Shown here: positions 1 to 13,760 of the stretch, piece after piece | How positions within the stretch are numbered: position 1 is the stretch's first letter | Layout: every line of letters starts with the position of its first letter | Source: Octopus sinensis | Taxonomy: Eukaryota | Length of the DNA stretch: 64,000 nt | NCBI RefSeq assembly: GCF_006345805.1 | Contig: NC_043008.1 | Location: forward strand, 38,564,001-38,628,000 | Reading direction: 5' to 3' | Notes under the pieces: generated by a model | What the model was told of the DNA's origin: nothing | What the model saw: only the letters and a program-made list of their open reading frames with translations | Databases searched by the model: none | Program-made: the position numbers and the translations under genes

Positions 1-1669
1 TATATATATATATATACATATATATCATCACCACCATCATTATCTTCATCATCATCATTACCTTAAACATCACCATCAGCAGCCAGCACTTTTTAACATC
101 CTCTATGCCACACTTAGAGCATGATTGAACCTAAAAATCACATGAGTAGAAAACAAACTGTTTAACCTCACAGCTATGCTCACACTTACTAGCTACATTA
201 CTTAAATGCAAAAGCATTCAAAACACCATAGGATTCACTGTTAAATGAGACAAGGCCACACTCGAGGCTATTTCATTTGAATACCTTATCTCTTACACCA
301 ATGGTATTATCAGTGCTAAAGAGTTAAATCTTAGACAAAACTACTCTACTTTATATTATGATACTTCGACATATCTAACAGCTTTATAATTATTGAATTA
401 TCAATAATAAAGGATTAAACATTAGACAAGATATATCGTTCTCTAATAGTTTCACCATATATAATGTTATTAGTATTATGAATGCTATAGAATTTACAAT
501 ATCTTCATGGCACCATCTAGTAAACAATAGTTTAAGAATTTTTTTTTTATTATTCTTATCTCAGGAATTTATTTGTAAAATTGAAAAAAGATAAAAATTG
601 ATAAATTTATTTATTTAAAAAAATAAAAAAAGATATGGGTGAAAATATTGTTTAGGTTAGGTTTTTTTCTTGTTTTTCATCTTGATTTTTTTTTTAAACT
701 TCATTAAATCAATATTTGAGATATAAAGAAATATTGTTTTCTGTAGTCTATTTGAATGTGGGTGAGAAAAGAATGAGACCCAGGAATAAAAGCGATTCAC
801 ATAAAAGAATGTCCAACCAGAAGAGAAAGAAAAATGAGATGGAAGTGAAAATCAGATTGACTTCTCTCAATAACGATAATTAGATTCTTCAAAGAAATAA
901 AAATAAACAAAACAAAAATAAAAACATTTTAAAATTTTTAAATAAATAACAAGACTGAATGGTTTAGAGATTTCATTATACTCTAAAGTATTGAATTCAA
1001 CTCGTGATTAAAGCTGATTTTTTTTTAATATTTCTTCTATTTTTTAATTTTTTTACCTTTACTATACTTTCAGAATAGGCATATTTTGTTTGTTTTGTTG
1101 TGTCTTTGTTTTGGTTTTATCATTTTTTTTTTTGTTATTCACATGCCTGAACCTGGTATTTAAATCTCTTGTAAAGAAGTTAGTCAATATACTTGTTTGT
1201 TGTTAGAAATATAAAGCTGCAATGCATTCTTGATATGTATGAGAGAGAGAGAGAAAGAGAGACAGAAAGACAAACAGACAGACAGAGACAGAGACAGACA
1301 GGCAGAGACAGAAAAAGAGAAATACTGAGAGTTCAAATTCTTTCATTCAGTCTGCTGTAACTAATGTGAGAGGTACTTCTAAAGAAAACAAGGCTACATT
1401 AATTAATTATATAGCCTTGTTTTCTTCAGACATAGGACAATGAAATAAAAGGCATTATATGAATGATTTCCATTTTAAAATTTAAAAAAGAACTGTATGG
1501 TTGGTTTCATAGAAAGAAAAGGTACAGTCAACCAAATAATTGTTCAGATATTGATCTCAAATGTCTGAAATCCAAATACAGAAGGCAGAAACTAAAAGCT
1601 GAGGCCTTTACTTAAATGATCTACCACTTCTGCTAACTTTCTACCAGTTCTTTGATGATGCAATTACAA

Positions 1670-2225
1670 AGCCAGATAATTGTCAGGCTGGCAGCTGAGA
1701 GTGAATCTCATGGAATAGTCTAAGTTCTGAGCTCATATTATACAAACAACACTAAACCCAGATATAGTGATCTTTTCCAATTCTACCAGACATTTTGTGG
1801 GAACTAACTGTACCCTGGGGTGAACATATGGAAGATGCTCATGAGGGAAAGGTTTGCCTAACACCAGGAGCTGGTAGAGTAGAGTAGAAGCCAGGATTAG
1901 CAGGCAGGTTGCAAGGTATCTGAAGTGGGCTGCTGGGGTTTTGAGAGGAATTCACTCTGCAAAGCCCTGACTCAGTTTGGAGTCTCTGGTGCAGCAAAGA
2001 GGAAGGCCAAAAATTCCATCAGTGAAGCTGCAAAAAAATCCACGAGAGGGCATTGGATAAAGATAGAGAGGGAAGATCTGTGGTTTGCTGTTACCGGGAT
2101 ATAAGCTGAGAGTTAATCAAGCTGGCTAGGTCACCAGTGAAATGAGATCTGATGTTGAAAGAACTGAAACTCCATATGACCCCAGAAACATCACTGATGA
2201 TGATGCATCTCAGAACATCTGTGAG
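1670..2225 (+). mobile_element. Decayed 3' end of an RLE-type non-LTR retrotransposon, HERO-like
   Basis: Manual translation across stops and frameshifts gives WQLRVNL..IIQTTLNPDIVIFS..ELTVPWGEHMEDAHE..EVGCWGF..SLCKALTQFGVSGAAKRKAKNSISEAAKKSTRGHWIK. This matches the PD..ELTVPWE..EVGCRGF restriction-like endonuclease C-terminus of HERO-clade elements. Confidence 0.8.
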
Positions 2226-3279
2226 ATGTGTCTTAGAAATTGAAAAGAATGCACAACCAATTAAATTAAGACAGTTTCATTGGTAGTAAGTCTTTCATTG
2301 CCTACAGAAAAAAAAGAGTGAAACTTAAAGATCATAGAAAGTCGAAAATAGATTTTGGTTGTTACATGGAGTTATCTGAACTGAATCTATAGAAAGTTCC
2401 TTAGTAGCTTGTATTGGTATCTAGTTTAAAGAATAATTTGTTTGTTAGATTAAGTAGGTGAACCAAGTACGTAGAAGCTTCTAGGCTGGTTTGCACTGTT
2501 TCGTTTCAATGAAACAGTAAGGCATTTATTTAGAGTTATTTAGTTGCCTCTTTGAGTAAATAAAATAACTAACTTTTGCAATTAATCAAGTTATTATTTC
2601 ATCTAGTTTACTGCTAATTACCCACATGAATAGCTATAGGGGAAAAAAAAAAGATAATTTCATTCTTAATTAAAGCAAACTCAAAGGAATGTAAGAAAAC
2701 TAGGAACTGAAGTATATTGTAATGAAGAAACGGACTAATTTATTCCAGTTAAGTACAATAAACAAATAAATATACACAAAACGAAAAATTTTGAGTAAAC
2801 AAAACTGAATCTACAAAGAAATGTGATCAACAAGAAATTACTGGGGAAAAAACATTCAGTGCAAAAATTTATGATCTCCATCTTCAGATAAATATGGAAT
2901 TGAATTTTCCTAACGAGAACAAAATTCATATTTAATTCTAATTAGCCTTTAATTACATTCATTCACAACGATAGGAAATCAAATCTGTCATTGACATAAA
3001 CGAAGAACGTCTAGTATTCATCTAGCTGTTTGTTCAATGCTTCATGCTGTGTATAAATATATACATTGATGATGACGACGACGATGATGATGATGATATA
3101 TACACTTACACAAACGGATAAGACAGACAGATAGATATATTGACAGAAATACTTAACATGACACGCTCATACACTCTCTCGCTCTCTCTCACACACAGAG
3201 ACAAGTATGAAAAGAAATGAATACGAATACATTACATTCCAACACAATAAACAGAGTATTACATTGATAAGGAAATAAA

Positions 3280-4650
3280 GAATGCACCTTAAAAGAAGCT
3301 TCAGATCAAACCCAATTCTATTTGCAGTACATATTCCAATATTCCAATTTCTTGCTGATTAAGCATCTTACAATTAGAAATAATAAATTCTAAGAGATTC
3401 ACAGAAGCTTGGTCTTTCTCAAGAATAATTCACACAATATCTAATTTCATATCCAACAGCAGAATCCTGAACCAATTTCAATAGTAAATAGCCATTGACC
3501 TTGACAGTTCAAGTATGTCTTCCCCTAAATACAAAGTTCAAACGGCTGCTTTGCTCACCATCAAAAGAAAGCAGTGCAGTGATTGTGTTCCACATAAGTG
3601 CACCGACAGGAAACAGAGAACTTCCTCAAAGACTACCAATACTTTTGCATTGACATGACTCAACAGCGGTGAACCGTGTTACAATTAACCAACACAATCT
3701 AAAACTGTTGAACAAGTGAAATCAATAATGGACAACAATAAAGAATGATCATTGATGTCAGAAAGAATACAATCAAAACATATTTTGCTACCAATCTTGA
3801 AAAACAGATCCAAATCGATTTCTGTCTGTCAAATTGATTTTGTTCAATATAATATCTTCACAAAGATAACATTGATCTCAACCAAAGACGTTATGATAAC
3901 ATCTTCATTTGGGCATTGACTTTTCATGTATTCCCTAAAGGATTGATAAAAATAACACAAATACATTGAGGTTATCTCAACATGACTATTTTCTATTTTA
4001 ATATTTCATCTAAAAGAAGAAGAGCACTGACCAAATCTCATATACATGCCATGTGAGCATGGTGAGGCAGTGAGGCTCAAGAAGTTGATTTCCAGTTTCA
4101 ATTGCTACATCTTCAAAGCAATGCAAAGTAAAATTCAATTTCTTCAAGATTTATGCTAGGGAAGCATATGAAACTGCATTCAGTGGTGAGATACCATCTT
4201 CGACAATCAAGAGTTTTGAAGGACAAGGAGTTACTCCTCAGTCACTACCACTCACAGGTTTGTTCCAGTTCAGAATGATAGCACCTGTCAAGGGCACCAT
4301 TTAAGGGTCAGATAACAGAAAATGGTCTTGTTGGTAAGATGAACAGCATTTGGAGGAGGATGGCTCCAAGATATGTGTCACATAAGCTCACCAATGTCGT
4401 ATGCACCAATCCTAAGGTTTAAAAAGATTCTGTTCCTCGATGGTAAGCTCAAGAGAGCAGAAGACAAGTAAATATTAAGCAATGATAAACAACCTATGGT
4501 GAACTCTTCCAGTTGATCATAGAATAACAGAAAGATGGCTCCAGAGTTGCTGAGTGCTAAGAAATCCAAACTGCAGAAGTCTTTCTCCAACAATGAACAA
4601 GAGACTGGTGGAGGGCCTTAACTACTGACAGACATAGAACACTAATACAG
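3280..4650 (+). mobile_element. Highly decayed Ty3/Gypsy pol remnant
   Basis: Scattered motif relics: FCIDMTQ (~3644), YDNIFIWA (~3892, YxDD-like), SDN (~4308), HQS*GLKRF (~4404, PQSNGxxER-like), APELL (~4537). No continuous ORF. Confidence 0.45.
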
Positions 4651-4655
4651 AACAG

Positions 4656-5075
4656 GGATCTTTTCAGTTTGAATGGCAGTTTTTTAAAATAATTTCCACG
4701 TAACTAAACACTTTTAAACTTCGTATACTGGTAGAATGTGTTTATAAAACATCTTTTTCTCTTGGCTTTATTGAGAAAATTCTATAGTTTGTAAGATATT
4801 TGTTGTTTTTTTTATTCAATTTCTGCAATTTCAACCAATCAATGACGTCTATTGAGGTGAAAATATTCTGTGCCGTATGAATATGTCCCTCGTTTAAGAA
4901 ACAGATTGGGTTTATTTACATTTCTGAAGAAAAAAAATACCCTTCCCCCACCCCTAACCCTAACCCTAACCCTAAAACAGATTGAAATGAAATAGATTGA
5001 TACTAGGGTCATAATTATGGGTGACAATCTCATATGACACGGCTAGAAAAAGCTGCGTTCAAACTGAAAAGATCC
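4656..5075. mobile_element. 420-bp MITE with 18-bp TIRs, 8-bp TSD and internal (CCCTAA)4; Merlin-like ends
   Basis: TIRs GGATCTTTTCAGTTTGAA and TTCAAACTGAAAAGATCC. TSD CAGAACAG at 4648-4655 and 5076-5083. Telomeric hexamers at 4952-4975. Confidence 0.9.
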
Positions 5076-5270
5076 CAGAACAGGATATATAACTTAGCCA
5101 CTAAAATGCTTGATCTAAGTTCATTTTGTTGTCAACTGAAGATGATAATTAGGTACCATAATCCAGCATTTTACAGTGTTCTTCCTTTATTTTACAGCTT
5201 CATCGTCATCAAATTTTGCTGATGTAAATGGAATGTTTATCATCATCATCATCATCACCATCACCATCAC

Positions 5271-5303
<33 letters not shown>

Positions 5304-5309
5304 TATTGA

Positions 5310-5523
5310 GGCAGCAAGCTGGCAGAATCATTAGCATGCCAGGCAAAAAAGCTTAGCAGCATTTTGTCCATCTTTACATTCTGAGTTCAAATTCAGCAGA
5401 GGTCAACTTTGCCTTTCATCCTTTCAGGATTGACAAAATAAGTACCAGCTGAGCACTGGTGTCAATGTAATCAACTTAACCCCTCCACTGAAATTGCTGG
5501 CCTTATGAGAAAAATTTGAAAAC
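5310..5523 (+). mobile_element. tRNA-derived SINE family B
   Basis: AGCTGGCAGAA A-box-like head, GAGTTCAAATTC B-box, body GCCTTTCATCCTTTC..AAGTACCAG shared with the 15819 and 51132 copies. Confidence 0.85.
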
Positions 5524-5690
5524 ACTACTATTATTATTATTGTTATATTATTAATATTATTATTGTTGTTGTTGTTGTTGTTGTTGTTGTTATATGTTTG
5601 GCATTTACTTTTTATTTGTACAAGTTGACTCCAAGTCTCACCCAGAGACCTCAAGAGACAACAAGTTAGAAGTTATTATTAATTTTATTA

Positions 5691-5730
<40 letters not shown>

Positions 5731-5734
<4 letters not shown>

Positions 5735-5937
5735 TAGTTTTATTTTTATAGCGTGCTTTCACTTCACTACCGAGCGCAGCTCTGTGTGCCTTGGGTATGT
5801 GCTGTGATTTGTTGTGATGCTCTGATGGTTATTGTATGGAAAGTGTTCTGCGTAGGATGTGTGCAGTGCCTAGTAGTGCAATTTTCTGTATGTTATATGT
5901 GTTTGTAAGTCCTGGTGTTTTTGTTATGTATTTGTCA
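5731..5937 (-). mobile_element. 5'-truncated R4/Dong-like LINE 3' end (family 1) inside a (TAA)n tract
   Basis: Minus strand encodes DKYITKTPGLTNTYNIQKIALLGTAHILRRTLSIQ* (QKxxLLGTAxILR terminal motif) followed by a 3'UTR. (TTA)n on both sides. Confidence 0.8.
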
Positions 5938-6332
5938 TTATTATTATTATTATTATTATTATCATTATTATTATCATCATTATTATTATTATTATTACTA
6001 TTTTTATTATTGAGTGAGAGAGCAGTATTATTACCTTTTGTGAAAGACCGAAATCTGACAGCGTCATTTTACTTGGAAAGAAATGCAGTTATTCCGGTTT
6101 AATTTTGAATGTTTCAGCATTTCCTATTTTTAAATTTAATTTCGCTTTATATTTTGAACTTGTAAAAGACACACAGAATGCCGAAATATTATTCATTCAT
6201 CTCATTTTGAATTTAATAAACAGAGTCAATCTCTATTTATTACCAATAACAGTCGCGCTCTTCTTCTTGTTTCTTTACCTTCATGAAGAGTAACTTCAAT
6301 CTTAAATTACTATTATTATTATTATTATTATT

Positions 6333-7270
6333 CAGTAGTCTTATTTTTATAACGCATTTTCACTGCACAGCTGTGTGCCTTGGGTATGTGCTGTGGTTTG
6401 TTGTGATGCTTTTATTTTCACTGTATTGAAAGTGTTTTATGTAGGATATGTGCAGTGCTTAGTAGTGCTATTTTCAGTATGTTATATATATTTGTTAGTC
6501 TTGGTGAAATGACTAGTTCTACCTGTTGTGGACAGACAACTGTTTGTTTCAGTTCAATTTCCACTGATCAACTTTTTCAAGGTTGCAAATAATGTCATCA
6601 TCATTCTCCAGTAGCCTTACCTTTATTCTGTCATAGACTGCTTTTTGCCCATCTGTCATGTTACCATTAGTTTTATTAACTTCTTCCAGACCATCTCTCT
6701 GTCCCTCATCGAGCAAGCTACGACTGTTCCTTTTCTGTGGTTTATTAGAGATCTCACCTCCGTTTTCTGCTATGAGATTACTTTCATCAGTAAGAACTGT
6801 ATTTTCCTCATTTCCTCTGCAGCTGTTTTCCAAAACCCATCTTTTGATAGCTTCGAGTTCTTCTGTGAACCAGCGATTTTTCTTATTGCTCTAGCTTGAT
6901 CACATAATCTCTGTTCCGTGAGTTGAAGCAATCTTCTTTCTGCCCATTATCATCCATATGTTGTCAGTATCCCCTAATATGAGCATCATTTTCGTCTACA
7001 GGGTTGCTCAGGTAGTAACATTCCATGACCACAGCATCGACTTGTTTGTTCCATCTAAGCTATGTATGCTGGTCTCTTGCTGGATAATGACAGGCTGGAG
7101 CTGGACCAGTATCTCTGAGCTTGCCGGGTGCAACACAGTCACCATCAAGGGCTTCAGTTTTAATATTTTGTTTTTTCATTGTCACTCATATGAGGTAGTG
7201 ATTATCAGGTTGTGCAATTACCAGTGTTTTTATTGTGACATCATCACCAGATGTATCATCAATCAGGACA
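6333..7270 (-). mobile_element. Internally deleted R4/Dong-like LINE (5' region joined to 3' end)
   Basis: N-terminal motif LTEQRLCDQARAIRK/NRWFTEELEAIKR (1-nt frameshift ~6880) continues into ORF 6549-6833, then jumps to PRLTNIYNILKIALLSTAHILHKTLSIQ* and the same 3'UTR as 5731-5937. The 5' boundary is approximate. Confidence 0.75.
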
Positions 7271-7968
7271 TGGGGAGATTCCAACCACTTCCTTTCATTA
7301 TTATTATCATCACTGATATTATTATTTTCATTTTTTCCTATTTGTCATTGTTAATATTTCCTCTGATCCAACATGAGTCTTGGCTAATTGTCATTAACAC
7401 TTTCATGTTAGTGCTAGGCTGGGGGTGGAGTCTTATCTGTTAACATAGACATTTTGTTAGAGCACCGTTTCTATAATTATAAACAAATAAAGGTAGTCAA
7501 ATGAGACAAAGAAACAAACTAATTTCTTCCCTATTTTTTCTGTGTGGGGTATATATTTGTTTAATGCCGTGGGTGTGTGTATGTATATATACATATTTGT
7601 TTGATGCTTTTGTTATCAATAATGACTAGTCTTTGTTGTTTGTTTTTATTCAATTTGCTTATGTAGGTGTGTACTTGTTTATACATAACTAAATGTTATT
7701 TCAAAATAATAAAATGTGTTCATGCAAAACTGGGGTGTATACATAATTAATTAGTTTACGTACTTAAGTGTCTGTGATGTATACTTAATAGGATATAATC
7801 CAATATGTACTTACTCAGATATAGTCCAACACTTTTAATGAGTATTACTTACTCAAGTGTAGTCCACCGCTTTGTCAGTGTGGCAAGCGTGTTTACACAT
7901 ATTGTGTGAGTGAAGGAGACTACATACAGTTAAAATACATCATTTCATTCAGAAAATAGAAATAAAGA

Positions 7969-8013
<45 letters not shown>

Positions 8014-8985
8014 TTTTTTACATTGACATGCAACCACAAACCATAGGAGAGAGTATAATCAATTAAAAGCAATGTGCAGTATATTACTGATACCATTTGC
8101 TTCTTACAAGTGAGTCTTTTGAACTCCAAATGTATAGGGAGGTATATAAATAGATGAAGGCATTGTCCCTTCAATTGCTGCCAATGCACAGCATTGTTTA
8201 CAAACGGGGGGCTAGGAGAGAAAATAAATCACTTGAAAGATAGTTCTTTGCATAACGTCGAGAAAACAAAGTTATTCAGACTATTGAAATGAGTGTGAAA
8301 AGCATTTGAAGAAATTCTGGAATATTTATTCAGAAGAATGGAATGGATTAAATAAGAGAGAAGGTCTTGAAAGACTAGTTCAATGCGTTGGCATTTACAT
8401 AACCTGGCCAACCTTTTATACCATGCAATTATTTTGACAATGTCTTGGCAAAGTGATGCCTTTCATTTGGAAAATTAAATCTATTTAGAAATGAAACCAT
8501 TCTCCTTTTATAGCTTTGATGTGAAACTTTAAATGACCCTTTGGCATGGCGCTTCGACACTGGAAATAAAAACTGTAGTCGATGATTTGATCTAATGACA
8601 GCTTAAAATTTCAAATACTAGCTTATGTTGATAAGTCTATCATCACCATCATCAGCATCAGCATCGCTAAATGATATTACAAGAATTTCTCACTTATCTC
8701 AATCAAATAGATGGATATTTATATCACTAAAAACACATTCCACTGGGACCCCCATATTCTAGACATGACAATCACTAACCTATCATCAATAATACTGTCT
8801 CGGTTGTCATTCAATCATCGAAGTCCATTTTAATCTTTTAGTCAAGAACGGGGAGTACTTGTGACCCTTTACTGAATTTACAAGACTACTGGAAGGGGAG
8901 AAGATATCTTCAAACTTGCAAAGTGACCTAAGTTCTTACAACAGAACAGATTCTATCAAAAGATACCCAAGATGTTTGGTGGTGG

Positions 8986-9196
8986 TCATCATCCTCATCA
9001 TCATCGTTTAACATCTGCTTTCCATGCTAGCATGGGTTGGATCATTTGACAGAGGACTGGCAAACCAGATGGCTGCACTGGTGTCCAATCTGATCTGGCA
9101 GAGTTTCTACAGCTGGATGCCCTTCCTAATGCCAACCAATCTGAGAGTGTAGTGGGTGCTTTTACATACCACCAGCACGAGGGCCAATCAGGCGGT
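8986..9196 (-). mobile_element. Short retroposon family C with (GAT)n tail
   Basis: CATCGTTTAAC..TTTCCATGCTAGCATGGGTTGGA..CTGGATGCCCTTCCTAATGCCAACC, near-identical to 28303-28570 and to 43706-43972 (reverse complement). Confidence 0.9.
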
Positions 9197-11081
9197 GAAT
9201 ATTTAATTCCACCTTTTAAAGGGGACCATGGCAGGATTTGAACACAGATTGCAAAGAAACAAAACAAACACTGCAAGGCCTACTTTCCTTCCACTAATCC
9301 ACCACCCTGGGTCGATTCTTTTTGAATGAAAGCATAAAAGGCAAAAGATGAAGAGGAAATTGAAGGAATAAAAGGAATAGCCGCCTTTGGCAGGATTTGA
9401 TCTTGGGATGCAGAAAGTCAGTGCAAATACCAAGAAGCATTGTATCTAACTCTCTCTAATATCTCTACCAGTTTGCTATGTACATGTTGATTAGTAAACC
9501 ATAAACCTGATACAAAGCTATGAACACAAATACGCCACCATAATGTAACATATATATCATCTCTGTCATTATCATCCTCGTTTTTTACATCTGCTTTCCA
9601 TGCCAAGATGGGTTAGATATGTCATCATAATTTGAGTTTGTTCTTATTCTGAGTCACTGCTCTTGTAATTTGATGCTCACACATTTTACTTTTGGCCTGA
9701 CTTCTATATCAGGATGACCTTTCTATCAGAGTATAACTTGGTACATTTTATTGACACAAGCATGAAAGAAATTGTAAGTTGTGTGTACACATGCACCCAC
9801 ATACATTTGCATGTATGTGTATGAATGTATGAGTGGGATGTGTGTGTTTATGAGTGCATGTGTATGTGTGTATGATTTTTCATTTTAATTGAAGTTCGCT
9901 TCAAACTGATAAATATCTCAGATCCATTGATCTCAGATATAAAGCTTAACTGTAATTTTGTGAAGACACTGCAGAATCTTCATCCTCTTCTAAAGATACT
10001 TTGGATCCACCAGTTACTTAAAGATGGAGATACTCTGATCTTCAATTCAATATTAACAAAGCTACAAGAAAATGCTGGCCATTCTTTAATAGATAACGTT
10101 TGTTTTAAATTTATCTATGCAAGGCTCTTCAAAGTTAATTTTAATGTAATTCTTATTATATTCTTCCTTATTCTATTGTGAGGTAAGGTATTCTAAAGTT
10201 AAAGCCTTTAAAATGAGGCAAGAACAAGAGGAATTTTGTTGAGAGAAATTTTGCAGCTAAATTGATCAGGTCATATATAACTACAGAGAAATTCTCTTAT
10301 GTTTCTCTATTTTAAAGTTAATAGTTTCTGCATTCTGCAGTGCTTCTTGAACAAATGTTGTTACTATACAGAACAAATATGAATAGAAACGTTCTGATGC
10401 TGACTCATTATGAATTTTATAAGAGAATTTCACAAGGGACGTTATTAATATATCAAAAATTTCTTGAGCTCAATGCATTTTCATGTTATCTCGTTTAGTA
10501 TAAATTAAAATGCTACAATAACAGAAATAGTTGAAATATAAAGAGAATGTCATAACTTAATTTACTCTATACAAAATGTAAGTATACTTGACACATGTGA
10601 AATATCTAAATACAAGTTGCCATATGAAATATGAAAGAATTCAATCAATGAGCTTAACTTAGATTTAGGATAAGATCTGATAAGGAACAAAGTTTTGCTT
10701 TAAGCAAAGCATTTCTATGTTTAATATTTGACATATCATATTGAGTTTGTTCTTACTTCATTAGCTGAACTAATTGAAAATTGGTTTTAGCATTGAGATA
10801 GCTATAAACAAAATGAGAGCTCTCTAAGTAATCTGTTTGGTTAAAAGTACGTAAGATTTTTATTACACACTTCAAAATTTCGCTGGATTCAATGGAGACC
10901 AAATTTTTGAATGATTTACAATTTGTGAAGTGTTATACAAGTCAACAATACTGCTAGAATTGGAAATGCATGAAAAGCACTTTTAAAAGAGATGAACATG
11001 ATGTTATTAAAAAGAAACAGTTTAAGGTCTTTCTTTCTCCTTCTACTTCTCTTCTTTGTCGTCGCCATTGCTGCCATTGTT

Positions 11082-11109
11082 TTCTTCTTCTTCTTCTTCT
11101 TCTTCTTCA

Positions 11110-11140
<31 letters not shown>

Positions 11141-11184
11141 CTTCTTCTTCTTCAATTTCTTCTTCTTCAACTTCTTCTTCTTCA

Positions 11185-11215
<31 letters not shown>

Positions 11216-11462
11216 CTTCAATTTCTTCTTCTTCAACTTCTTCTTCTTCAACTTCTTCTTCTTCAACTTCTTCTTCTTCACTTCTTCTTCTTCAACTTCT
11301 TCTTCTTCAACTTCTTCTTCTTCAATTTCTTCTTCTTCAATTTCTTCTTCTTCTTCAATTTCTTCAACTTCTTCAATTTCTTCTTTAACTTCTTCTTCAA
11401 CTTCTTCTTCTTCTCCTCTTCTTCTTCTCCTCTTCTTCTTCTTCTCCTCCTCCTCCTTCTTC
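11082..11462. repeat. Long (CTT/GAA)n array with periodic CAA interruptions
   Basis: Read directly. It explains the poly-K/E/F/S/L ORFs at 10916-11609. Confidence 0.95.
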
Positions 11463-11493
11463 CCTACCATCAGTATTATTATTATTATAATTA

Positions 11494-11679
11494 AGGCAGA
11501 GAACTGTCAGAATTGTTATGGCATTCATCTTTACATTCTGAGTTCAAATTCTGTTGAGGTCAGCTTTGCCTTTCATCCTTTAGAGGTCAATAAAATGTGT
11601 ACAAGTTGAATTCTGGGGTCAATTAAATCGTCATAGACTCTCCCATGAAACTGCTGGCCTTATCCCAAATTTTGAAATC
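11494..11679 (+). mobile_element. SINE family B, internally deleted
   Basis: GAGTTCAAATTC..GCCTTTCATCCTTT body. Confidence 0.8.
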
Positions 11680-11698
11680 ATTATCATCATCATCATCA

Positions 11699-11753
<55 letters not shown>

Positions 11754-11776
11754 CATTATTATCATTATTATTATCT

Positions 11777-12333
11777 TTGAATGAGAGAGCAGTGCACGCC
11801 ATCAAAGTGACACAGGGGTACAAATATATGAAGCCCAATATACACATCATGACTACCCATATAAGTGTAAACTAGGCATATGCATCACAATCATATGTGC
11901 AGAACATGGTGACCTCATATCAAGATTAATGGTGCATAACCTTGCAGGTGGGGCCCAGTTAGAATTTTCTTCTGGTCGAGTAGCTCATAAAGCTCAAAAG
12001 TTCCCTGAATAAGGTTTATTTAAGGATGTTGTATGAAAAATCATGTTTTCAGAGGTGAATTATTCGGACCCCCCAAAATTCCTCTCAGCACATGTTTATG
12101 ATGCTCCCCCACTACTCCTGCCTGCGATCAGAGATGCACATATCATCAGCAACTAAGGGACATGCTCAACTGTTTAAGGTCAAACAACTGATAAGCAAAT
12201 CTGCAGTACTGCGCAGAACACTTGCTGTTGTGCATCTTTTGCACCAAGACAAAACAATGTACATGATAACACTTCCAATCAGTTAAGATCAGAATCCATG
12301 AGAACCACTGCCTCGTATTATATCAGTGCATTT
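11777..12333 (-). mobile_element. ~555-bp non-coding interspersed element in a TAA/TGA microsatellite (copy 1)
   Basis: Collinear reverse complement of 14413-14966 with the same two termini. Confidence 0.9.
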
Positions 12334-12497
12334 ATCATTATCATCATCACCATCGTCGTCATCATGATCATCATCATCATCATCATCATCATGATCACCA
12401 TCATCATCATCATCATGATCATGATCCTCATCGTCGTCGTTGTCATTATCATCATCATCATCATCATCATCATCGTTGTCATCATCATCATCATCCA

Positions 12498-12532
<35 letters not shown>

Positions 12533-12645
12533 GCCTCATCCTCCTCATCATCCTCATCCTCTTCATCCGCCTCATCATCCTCCTCATCACCACCATCATC
12601 ATCATCGTTGTCATCATCATCGTTGTCATCATCATCATCGTTATC
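12334..12645. repeat. Degenerate (CAT/GAT)n array
   Basis: Read directly. Confidence 0.95.
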
Positions 12646-13373
12646 ATAGATCATTGAACAAAATCCCTTCCTGTGTTTGTTTTGACCTGTTATATTATTG
12701 GTTTGGATCCAGAAAAATAACTCCAGTTTTCATCCTCCTGAAGTACATAAAATAAAGTACCAGTCTAATATTGGGGTCACAGAGCTGGCTTTACTTTTCT
12801 TGACATGGCCAGCAGAAAGAAAAAAAAAGAGCGCATTAAGCATTCAGTAAATAGGTTGATAATTTCTTATCGTTACCTTAGCTGGATGTATTGTACATTT
12901 TACTATATTTTACATGAAGAAGTAAGTCTTCAGGGGAGTATTTATAAATATCAATAGGTCAATGTTTAATAGAGACAATAAATCTGTTACAATTTATGAC
13001 ATGATTACAATCTTTAGTTAGAGAGAACGACTCGTACGAAAAGTGCAGTTAGTTAAGAATTCCACAAAGTTTCCCCCCCCTCTTTCATTTTGAAGTTAGA
13101 AATCTTTGCTGTTCAAGCAAAATCGATGATGACTTTATATGTTGGTAGGAGACACTTTTATAATCGATAAAGACAAACAGACTATTTCAACCATTTCCTA
13201 TTCATCACCTATCTCACCTACTTAGAATCCATTAGCTTATGGGCAAATATACAATTATCATACCAATCGCAATAATTCCTTGATTGATGTTAGAAGATCT
13301 TTAATATTTAGTTCTTTCATTCAAATCAAGACTTTGATTCTATGATGTCTTTTTCTCTTTTCTTTTCTTTTCA

Positions 13374-13406
<33 letters not shown>

Positions 13407-13499
13407 CTCTTTTTTTGGTACCAAAAGCTAATAAACCAAACACACACACAGTTATGCATTTGTGATTATATGAATACATTCATATAGGTATGTGCTCCA

Positions 13500-13544
13500 A
13501 TATATATATATATATATATATAATATATATATATATACGCCCAC

Positions 13545-13577
<33 letters not shown>

Positions 13578-13711
13578 AACATATATACATACATATATAT
13601 ATATATAAACATATTTCTGCATAAACATAAATATGCATGTATACATACACAAACATATATATATATATACATAAACATACATAAATAAGTATATACATAT
13701 GTATATGTATA

Positions 13712-13760
<49 letters not shown>

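Noticed and set aside
4952-4975. Telomere or chromosome-fusion relic
   Set aside because: Only four units, and they lie inside a TIR/TSD-bounded MITE.
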